Origin: a virus
Lineage: Duplodnaviria; Caudoviricetes
Reading direction: 5' to 3' (one strand)
DNA length: 33,781 nucleotides
IMG/VR virus record: IMGVR_UViG_3300018876_000054
Coordinates: 1-33,781 of that record
Under the pieces are notes generated by a model. It had not been told where the DNA came from and made no database searches. It saw only the letters and a program-made list of their open reading frames with translations. Position numbers and translations under genes: made by a program. Positions 27,429 to 33,781 of this stretch are shown here, piece by piece (the first letter of the stretch is position 1; each line of letters starts with the position of its first letter).

Positions 27429-27610
27429 TAGGCCTTTCCCACGAGTCGGTATATAATTATTATAATACCAACTTTCAGTTAATGCAACACCACAAGTATT
27501 CATTAACTGAACTAGACGATATGATGCCGTGGGAACGAGAAATATACATCAAGTTATTACTTGACCATTTGGAAGAGGAAAGGCGAAAGGCGGAACAATC
27601 TAAAAAGTAA
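27419..27610 (+). CDS. gp51: Baseplate hub assembly catalyst gp51 domain, probably expressed by -1 frameshift from gp26
   Basis: 'SHESVYNYYNTNFQLMQHHKYSLTELDDMMPWEREIY' is the cyanophage-type gp51 motif. It is in the -1 frame relative to gp26 and is entered at a run of 8 T. Confidence 0.8.
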   Translation, partial: FFLIGLSHESVYNYYNTNFQLMQHHKYSLTELDDMMPWEREIYIKLLLDHLEEERRKAEQSKK

Positions 27611-27627
27611 CAAATAGAGGACACACT

Positions 27628-28017
27628 ATGAGTGAAGAAAAGAAAGTTAGTCAAGGAAACGTTGAGATAGACGTTGCCAAGTATACTGAAATGGTCTTGA
27701 AGTTAGATGAAGCTCAAGACAAAATTAAAGAGATGGAGAAGATATCTAAGGAATTGCAGATTGCAACTGCGGCTGCAAAACCTAAAGAGAGGTTCTCTAT
27801 CGGTGCATTATTTAGAGATGAGAATGATATCAACGAGAAATCAATCATTGGTTTCATATCATTCTTCTTGATGGTAGTCTTTGGTGTATGTGATTTAATC
27901 ACTGCATTTTGGGGACAAGACCTATTAATCTCTGATACCATTTACACATCATTTGTTGTTGTAACACTTGGTGCATTTGGTATATCAGAAGCAGGAAAAG
28001 CATTCGGAAAACAGTAG
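27628..28017 (+). CDS. Small membrane protein (N-terminal coiled coil + two hydrophobic helices)
   Basis: Hydrophobic segments 'IIGFISFFLMVVFGVCDLITAFW' and 'IYTSFVVVTLGAFGI'. SD GAGGA upstream. Confidence 0.75.
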   Translation: MSEEKKVSQGNVEIDVAKYTEMVLKLDEAQDKIKEMEKISKELQIATAAAKPKERFSIGALFRDENDINEKSIIGFISFFLMVVFGVCDLITAFWGQDLLISDTIYTSFVVVTLGAFGISEAGKAFGKQ

Positions 28018-28027
28018 GATTCAATAA

Positions 28028-30232
28028 ATGGCAGATGACGACATACGTAAACAACGGGAAGACCTTGCTAAAGAAATAAAGGACGTTGCAGATAAATTAA
28101 AACCTAAGTTTAGAAAACTTATCAAGAATATCGAAGATGCAAATGCTCCATTAGCAAAACAAGTTGCTGATATAAGAGAAGCGAGTAAAGGAACGTATGC
28201 TGGAACTCTGCAGGCACAAAAACTAGCAAATGTTGGAGGGATAATTAGTGATTACATTAAAGACCTCGACACTTCCCTAGACACTAGTCAATTAGACCAA
28301 CTCCAAAAAGTTTTGGGTGAAGAGTTTGACCTAGAAGGTTTTAGAGAATCATCTGTCAAAGTAAAACAATACGAAGAAGCAGTAATCGCTGCAACCGATG
28401 CCAGAGCAGAAAGACTTGCAATTGCAGAGAAGAAAGAAAATGCACTGGGTCAAATGGATGCTCAAATTGCAGACTTGAAAGAGAAACAAATGGAGCTCGA
28501 TGGTAAGGCTCTTGTCAATGCAACAAAAGCACTCAAAGAAGCAGAAGAAGCAAGAGAAAAGAAGAAGAAAGATATTCTTGCTGGTTTCGATAGAGAACTT
28601 GAAGAAGCAAATTCTTTACTTGAAAAAGAAACAAAAACACGTAAAGAATACAATGATGAAATCAATACTAAGTTTAAAGAGTTATCAGATGATGCTGGTA
28701 AACTTGGAGTATTCTCAGACGGTCTTAAAAAACTCACTGGTTTTGACATCATGGGTCTTGCAGATGGTGTTGTCGAATCTGTCAATGCATTTGGTAAGGT
28801 TGTTTCTTTAGGTAAGAATCAAGATTTAGCAGGTGATATACTTGCTGGTTTCCAAAGTTTACCTGATAAATTTAAAGGAGTAACAGAGGGAATCGGTAAA
28901 GGAATTTCTAATTTAGGTGAAGGAATGGGTGATGGTTTAAAATCACTCAAAGGTGGTATTGCTGGATTAGGTAAAGGTATTAGAAAAACTGCCTCAGGTA
29001 TGATGGCGAGTGCAAAATCTGTGGGTGGTAAGTTCATAGGAATCCTTGGAAAAGGTGCAAAAATGCTTGGTGGATTTGTCAAAGGACTCGCAAGAGGATT
29101 TATGGCTGCAGGTAAAGCACTTATGGCCGCAATCACTCCATTCATAGCTGCAGCTGCAGCATTTGTCGGTGGATTACTTATGACAGCAGGTTCTATGTTA
29201 TTGGCTGCAGCTCCATACATTGCAATAGGTGTTGGTATTCTCGCAGCCGCATACATGATGTATAAAGCATTTATGTATCTCTATGAAAACGTAGAGGGGT
29301 TCAGAGGATACATCGATACTGTTGTTGGTTTTATTATGAACATAGGTCAATCACTTTTTGATATCTTCTTAGGATTTAAAGATATGATTGTGGGTATCTT
29401 CACTGGTGACTTTGATATGGTCATGGAAGGACTCAAAGGTATCTTTGGTGGTCTATGGGATTTACTCCTCGCACCGTTTAAGGCAATCGGTGACTTCTTT
29501 AAGAATGTATTTGACATAGACATCGGTAAGATGTTAAAAGACTTTGCAAAAAAGATTCTGCCTGGATGGTTAGTTAAAAGATTATTTGGTGATGAAAGTT
29601 CAGAACCCGACTCAGCACCTAAGGCCGCACAAAGAGCTCTCGAAGACGAGGACACTCAAGGACTCATCAACAGAAGAAAAGCAAGAGAATCGATGGCTGA
29701 CAAAGCACAATCTATAATCGATAACCGTGAAACGGAAATAAATCGTGCTATGCAAGGGTCTATTGAAGTTAACGGTAGAATGTTAGAAGGTGATGAGAAG
29801 AGAGCATATCTAGAGAAACAAGCAGATACGGGTAGATTTGATATAGACAAAGATGGTAGAGGTATAACTACTGAACAACTTCGAAATATCAAAGATAGAC
29901 AAGATTTCAAAGCCATGGAAATCCAAGGCGAGTTAGACACTAGAAGAGACTATCTTAAGAAAGGTGAATACGGTGACTTCACTATTGAAGAAGACATTAC
30001 AGGTTATGGTGAAGACGTTAAGGTTTATGAAGACACTGGCGATAGAGTTAAGACTGCAAGAGAAATGAAAGAAGAAGCAACTAAAGGTATGGATACGGGA
30101 ATGGTAAACTCTGTAGTTAATCAAGTAAACAATAACACTTCTCAAAACAATAACACTACAATGTCGGGAACTCCAACTGCAAGTGACCCTGATAGCGGTA
30201 GTAAATTAGCAGGTGTTCCTGCTTTTGGTTAA
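28028..30232 (+). CDS. Tail tape measure protein (gp29 equivalent)
   Basis: 734 aa, helical and coiled-coil, with a Gly/Ala-rich hydrophobic middle (transmembrane-like), periodic Phe/Trp repeats and an Asn-rich C-terminus ('VNQVNNNTSQNNNTT'). Lies downstream of gp26/gp51. Confidence 0.8.
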   Translation: MADDDIRKQREDLAKEIKDVADKLKPKFRKLIKNIEDANAPLAKQVADIREASKGTYAGTLQAQKLANVGGIISDYIKDLDTSLDTSQLDQLQKVLGEEFDLEGFRESSVKVKQYEEAVIAATDARAERLAIAEKKENALGQMDAQIADLKEKQMELDGKALVNATKALKEAEEAREKKKKDILAGFDRELEEANSLLEKETKTRKEYNDEINTKFKELSDDAGKLGVFSDGLKKLTGFDIMGLADGVVESVNAFGKVVSLGKNQDLAGDILAGFQSLPDKFKGVTEGIGKGISNLGEGMGDGLKSLKGGIAGLGKGIRKTASGMMASAKSVGGKFIGILGKGAKMLGGFVKGLARGFMAAGKALMAAITPFIAAAAAFVGGLLMTAGSMLLAAAPYIAIGVGILAAAYMMYKAFMYLYENVEGFRGYIDTVVGFIMNIGQSLFDIFLGFKDMIVGIFTGDFDMVMEGLKGIFGGLWDLLLAPFKAIGDFFKNVFDIDIGKMLKDFAKKILPGWLVKRLFGDESSEPDSAPKAAQRALEDEDTQGLINRRKARESMADKAQSIIDNRETEINRAMQGSIEVNGRMLEGDEKRAYLEKQADTGRFDIDKDGRGITTEQLRNIKDRQDFKAMEIQGELDTRRDYLKKGEYGDFTIEEDITGYGEDVKVYEDTGDRVKTAREMKEEATKGMDTGMVNSVVNQVNNNTSQNNNTTMSGTPTASDPDSGSKLAGVPAFG

Positions 30233-30432
30233 TCTAACTTATCGTAGTATTTCGATTTTCTAGTATATTTTGTTTTGTCCGAATGGACTTTTGATACACC
30301 ATGTTTAGGTGTTATGACTCGGGTCTTAATTTTAGGTTCAGGTTTGCCAAAGATTTTCTCCCAATTATCTGAGTAGAGTTCTTCGTTTGAGTTCCTTCTT
30401 TTAGAACCCTTTCCACCATGCCAATTACTCAT
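30229..30432 (-). CDS. Small basic protein coupled to bS21 (ArfA-like motifs, tentative)
   Basis: 67 aa; ATGA overlap with the bS21 stop; 'GGKGSKRR...NWEKIFG' and '[15 protein letters not shown]'. Confidence 0.7.
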   Translation of the reverse strand: MSNWHGGKGSKRRNSNEELYSDNWEKIFGKPEPKIKTRVITPKHGVSKVHSDKTKYTRKSKYYDKLD

Positions 30433-30662
30433 CTTACTTTTCTATAACCCTTGTTTTGTGATTTAAGTAAATCTAATTTCTTACGTCTCTTCAGTCTTTG
30501 ATTCTTCTCGTTACGAATCGTTGCTGGTTTGATGTAATATTTCCTATCTCTAACTTCTTGGACAATCCCAGCACGTTCACACGACTTCTTAAACCTTCTC
30601 AACATCCTGTCGAAAGGTTCTACTTGGTTTGTCTTTTTGTTTTTTCTAGGTGTTACTTCCAT
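30429..30662 (-). CDS. rpsU: Phage-encoded 30S ribosomal protein bS21
   Basis: '[36 protein letters not shown]' matches the bS21 signature. SD AAGGA upstream. Confidence 0.93.
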   Translation of the reverse strand: MEVTPRKNKKTNQVEPFDRMLRRFKKSCERAGIVQEVRDRKYYIKPATIRNEKNQRLKRRKKLDLLKSQNKGYRKVR

Positions 30663-30679
30663 AATATAATCCTTTAAAA

Positions 30680-30845
30680 TAAGTGTTAAGTCGCCCCGTC
30701 ACTTTACAGCATTCCCGCTCTTAACCGATATTCCCGCCTTGACCCCGAATATCTTTCCCTTACTGAGTATCCCCAATTCCTCGACCTCAGTTTGATGATG
30801 ACCATGACACGGACACATTATGTATATCATCATCCCCGAATACCG
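30680..30845 (-). ncRNA. Candidate structured G-rich RNA between gp32 and rpsU
   Basis: Four consecutive inverted-repeat stems with G-rich loops and repeated GGA/GGGG motifs, in the longest non-coding gap of the window. Confidence 0.55.
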
Positions 30846-30848
30846 AAG

Positions 30849-31748
30849 TTAGTCTTGTGCTAACTTCTTGAAGTAATCCATCGCATCGTCATCCTCGGAA
30901 CTACTTAGGGATGCTTCTGCTGATGAGATTACAGGTTCTTCTGCAACAGTCTCTTTGTTTACGTCTGACCATGGCACTTCGTCAAGGTCTTCTGCAACTG
31001 ATTCTGCAGTAGAATTACTTACACTTCCAGTCAATCCTAACACTCTATCGAGTTTCTCTTTGAGTTCCTCGTAAGTTTTGAATTCACTAGGTGCAATTAC
31101 ATCTGACAAAGAATGAACTGAATTGTAGATTGTATTTAGTTTTTCCTCGTCATCGAACAATGGTGCGATACTATCGAACTCTGATTTATCATAGTTCCAG
31201 TAACCGTCCACTTTTCTGATTTTGATTTTGAAGTTCGCACCTTCCCTTAAATCAAAAGGATTGATTGCTTGTTCATCTTCAAAGGCAGGTGAGATAGCCT
31301 CTTTGAGTTGTTCAAAGATTTTTTTACCATATCTATACTTGAACACTTTACCTTCGTTGTCGGGATTCTTTGGGTCTGAAACAACATAGACGTTAGAAAC
31401 ATAATGCAATCTGCGTTTTTGTTTCCTTGCGATTTCTTTGTTTGCTTCAATACCAGTATTCCACAACTGAGTATTGTATTCTGACACTGGGTCTTTTTTG
31501 TTAAGAGTAGTCAAAGACTTCTCAATATACCAACCACCTGGCCCTTGGAACCCGTGGTCGAAGTAAGATACCCATGGCATTTCTTCACCCTCAGGTGTAG
31601 GCAAGAACCTTACTACTGCATAACCGTTGCCAGTTTTATCCAACTCGGGTTTCCACATAGTATCGTCTTGGTATGATTTTTTTGCACCTTCGGATGAAGG
31701 TGATGCAGACTCCATTGCCTGTCTTAATTTATCTAATGATGTTGACAT
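30849..31748 (-). CDS. gp32: Single-stranded DNA-binding protein gp32
   Basis: 'WKPELDKTGNGYAVVRFLP', 'HGFQGPGGWYIEKSLTT', 'YGKKIF', 'GANFKIKIRKVDGYWNYDKSEF', acidic tail 'DDDAMDYFKKLA'. Confidence 0.97.
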   Translation of the reverse strand: MSTSLDKLRQAMESASPSSEGAKKSYQDDTMWKPELDKTGNGYAVVRFLPTPEGEEMPWVSYFDHGFQGPGGWYIEKSLTTLNKKDPVSEYNTQLWNTGIEANKEIARKQKRRLHYVSNVYVVSDPKNPDNEGKVFKYRYGKKIFEQLKEAISPAFEDEQAINPFDLREGANFKIKIRKVDGYWNYDKSEFDSIAPLFDDEEKLNTIYNSVHSLSDVIAPSEFKTYEELKEKLDRVLGLTGSVSNSTAESVAEDLDEVPWSDVNKETVAEEPVISSAEASLSSSEDDDAMDYFKKLAQD

Positions 31749-31778
31749 TGTATTCTCCTATTGTATTAACATTGTATT
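31747..31778 (-). repeat. Three AATACAAT direct repeats around the gp32 SD and start codon (candidate autogenous operator)
   Basis: Plus-strand attgtatt at 31747-31754, 31760-31767 and 31771-31778, flanking SD AGGAG. Confidence 0.65.
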
Positions 31779-31786
31779 GCATCTTA

Positions 31787-32524
31787 TTATAATTCAGATT
31801 CTAGACCTAAACCTAGAACCCATCTATCTTCGATATTGAATCGAGACATAATACTATTATACTCGATTTTATCGAATCCATCAATGGGGTTTTTGAAAAA
31901 AACTTCCACTTTTGGATACTCTTTATTTATGTATTCTAGGAGTGCGATGAATTGTGCTTTTTGCACTTTTCCAACTGCCTGAATACTTCCATAGTTCTCT
32001 CTATAGTTGTATTGTCCTTGGAATACATTATTGAGTTCGTCAAACTGTAGTGAGTCATAACCCACTAAACATATCTTCTCATATCCATGATGAACTGCAT
32101 AACCTAAGGCATACATTCCTGATAAGAGATTCTTAAATGTAGGATGAGGATATGTTATAATGTTTTCACTATACTGATTATTATATCCAGTAAAGTAAAA
32201 CTTACCGTCTTGTTGTCCTGTTGTAAGTTCTGATTGTGCAACGAATGAATTACACTCTTCATCACGATACACTTCGATGGGTAAATGAACACCCATCATC
32301 ATCATGTCCATTGCTTCGATTGGTAATTCATTCCATTCACCAACAGACACTTTATTAGTTTTATAATATCCCGACTTTATAATTTCATGTTGAGGCCATA
32401 CGTCACCACAAAAAACTATGTCGGGAGTGTGAGTAGTGTAAATCATATTGAATCCCCACCACTCAGGTAAAGATTCTAAATCAACATTCTGTCTTGATGG
32501 GCCGTTACCAACTAAGTAGAGCAT
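31787..32524 (-). CDS. Putative CMP-ulosonate-dependent glycosyltransferase (GT42 CstII / Maf-MptE-like fold)
   Basis: N-terminal 'LVGNGPS' and later 'SGMYALGYAVHHGYEKICLVGYD' parallel the CstII-type motifs GNGPS and SG..M...A...GYK.IYL.G.D. Confidence 0.6.
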   Translation of the reverse strand: MLYLVGNGPSRQNVDLESLPEWWGFNMIYTTHTPDIVFCGDVWPQHEIIKSGYYKTNKVSVGEWNELPIEAMDMMMMGVHLPIEVYRDEECNSFVAQSELTTGQQDGKFYFTGYNNQYSENIITYPHPTFKNLLSGMYALGYAVHHGYEKICLVGYDSLQFDELNNVFQGQYNYRENYGSIQAVGKVQKAQFIALLEYINKEYPKVEVFFKNPIDGFDKIEYNSIMSRFNIEDRWVLGLGLESEL

Positions 32525-33105
32525 AATTCTATAAGTTCCTTTTTATAAGTGTTGTGGTCATACGATATAAAAGATTTGTATTTGTTAATTTTCAACATCA
32601 CATCAGGATACACAACTTTCTCTGATATGAGTCTATCCCAATCTTTTGTAAAACCGATAATCTCATCCATAATACAAATAGTCTCTAACGATATCTTCTT
32701 CGCAAGAAACTCTTTAAGCAATATTGGATGTTGTCCGTTCTTTACTTCTAAAACTTTCTGAATGTTTCGTTTACGTAAGAGGTCACTTACCTCTGTATTA
32801 AACATGTATGATAACTTTTGATTTCTCTTCTTCCATTCTATGTAGACTTTCTCACACTCATTGTCTAACAAATCACCTGCCCATTTATCTTTGAGTGATA
32901 GGTTTGCGATATAGAAATCTTGTAGTTCGTTTTTGTAAGTTCGATATAACTTACCAAAGTGATATTTGTCTTTTCGTTTGAGGAATGAGTTGATGTCACT
33001 CTTTACCTTGCCATTGTATTTTACAAAGTCATAATCCTTAGAATAGAAGTGTAACTTTATTCCAAGATAAAGAGTGTATGCATCATATCCCTCACGACTG
33101 GTCAT
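32512..33105 (-). CDS. gp59: Helicase loader gp59
   Basis: 'AYTLYLGIKLHF...YDFVKYNGK', 'FLKRKDKYHFGKL', 'GQHPILLK...ISLET', 'KINKYKSF'; gp33-gp59-gp32 synteny. Confidence 0.93.
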   Translation of the reverse strand: MTSREGYDAYTLYLGIKLHFYSKDYDFVKYNGKVKSDINSFLKRKDKYHFGKLYRTYKNELQDFYIANLSLKDKWAGDLLDNECEKVYIEWKKRNQKLSYMFNTEVSDLLRKRNIQKVLEVKNGQHPILLKEFLAKKISLETICIMDEIIGFTKDWDRLISEKVVYPDVMLKINKYKSFISYDHNTYKKELIELCST

Positions 33106-33392
33106 TAAGTTACAATCTTAGAATCAGGTGTAATTAACTCTCCAGTTGCTTCTTGGAATGCATTCTTTACATTCGTATTAGTAGGAACTACAAAAATGTA
33201 TTCATTGAATAGAACTTCACTAGGACTCTCTTCACCTGTTACAGCAATTCCTCTTGCAAAACCCATTTCTCCATTCTCAGGATTCCTAATAATCATTCTA
33301 GGGTTAGTGATTGTAAGAGGTGAAAGTTCTTTTACTTTACCAACATACTCTCCACTTTGTGCCACAATTGTGACGATATCATTTACTTTCAT
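33105..33392 (-). CDS. Small conserved phage protein, possible Sm-like beta fold
   Basis: 'DIVTIVAQSGEYVGKV...LTITNPRMI' beta pattern and a terminal 'FQEATGELIT' helix. The fold is inferred only. Confidence 0.55.
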   Translation of the reverse strand: MKVNDIVTIVAQSGEYVGKVKELSPLTITNPRMIIRNPENGEMGFARGIAVTGEESPSEVLFNEYIFVVPTNTNVKNAFQEATGELITPDSKIVT

Positions 33393-33394
33393 AA

Positions 33395-33634
33395 TTAATC
33401 CTTATAAAAACTCGTGATTGTTCCTTGTGAGGTTTTACCACGGTCAATTAAATTTAATTGTTGTGCTTCCGCCTGAAGTTTTTCTTTCAGGGGTTGCGAT
33501 AACAATCTTTTTGCAGACTCAGGTTCTAAACCATTGTCTTCACAAACTCTTAAAATAGCACTCATAACATCAGAACCTTTTCCACGTGTTACAAGTTTCT
33601 CTACTGCATCGGTGAACTCTTGTTTACTTATCAT
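33395..33634 (-). CDS. gp33: Late transcription co-activator gp33
   Basis: 'FTDAVEKLV...MSAILRVCEDNGLEPESAKRLLSQPLKEKLQAEAQQLNLI'; upstream of gp59. Confidence 0.9.
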   Translation of the reverse strand: MISKQEFTDAVEKLVTRGKGSDVMSAILRVCEDNGLEPESAKRLLSQPLKEKLQAEAQQLNLIDRGKTSQGTITSFYKD

Positions 33635-33780
33635 ATTAAATTTATTGGAGCGTGTTGGACTTCCTCACCATCATCAAAGTTTTCAATCCAATCCATCATG
33701 ACTCTATAGTATGCATAGTATGTTGGACTATGTCCATTCATATCCATACCTTGTCCATCTTCTGAATAAGGTGTTTCTAA
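33631..33780 (-). CDS. 3' end of a hypothetical protein (5'-truncated)
   Basis: Open frame ...LETPYSEDGQGMDMNGHSPTYYAYYRVMMDWIENFDDGEEVQHAPINLI*, whose TGA overlaps the gp33 ATG (ATGA). Confidence 0.65.
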   Translation of the reverse strand, partial: LETPYSEDGQGMDMNGHSPTYYAYYRVMMDWIENFDDGEEVQHAPINLI

Positions 33781-33781
33781 G

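Noticed and set aside
30663-30848. tRNA, tmRNA, RNase P or SRP RNA
   Set aside because: No cloverleaf, T-loop GTTCRA or CCA end, no RNase P GAGGAAAGTCC motif and no SRP loop motif were recognised.
2293-33417. Remaining short ORFs nested in or antisense to long genes (e.g. 2293-2661, 3400-4008, 16301-16723, 18315-18659, 26852-27217, 28819-29256)
   Set aside because: They fully overlap confidently assigned genes, lack recognisable motifs and have the composition expected of reverse-frame read-through.

Overview
AT-rich segment of a T4-like (Tevenvirinae-related, marine cyanophage/pelagiphage-type) myovirus genome. The host cannot be read from this window; kdsB points to a Gram-negative host. 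The minus-strand block (1-22760) encodes the baseplate and fibres: gp48, gp53, a gp27-position hub protein, gp5, gp25, gp6, a small virion protein, gp7, gp8, a 2242-aa VrlC/DUF4815-type virion protein, a fibre protein and two Gln/Pro/Tyr repeat proteins. The plus-strand block (22800-30232) has gp4, a HAD phosphatase + KdsB-like CMP-ulosonate synthetase cassette, gp2, gp54, gp26/gp51, a membrane protein and the tape measure protein. A second minus-strand block (30229-33781) has gp33, an Sm-like protein, gp59, a GT42/Maf-like glycosyltransferase, gp32, a G-rich structured intergenic element, ribosomal protein bS21 and a small basic protein with ArfA-like motifs. The best leads are: (1) a candidate translation-control module (structured RNA + bS21 + ArfA-like peptide, plus apparently leaderless late genes); (2) a likely programmed -1 frameshift fusing gp26 to gp51 upstream of the tape measure gene; (3) Q/P/Y repeat proteins whose prolines are all evenly spaced; (4) a split CMP-ulosonic-acid glycosylation pathway. 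All family calls come from motif recognition and synteny; no database searches were run.
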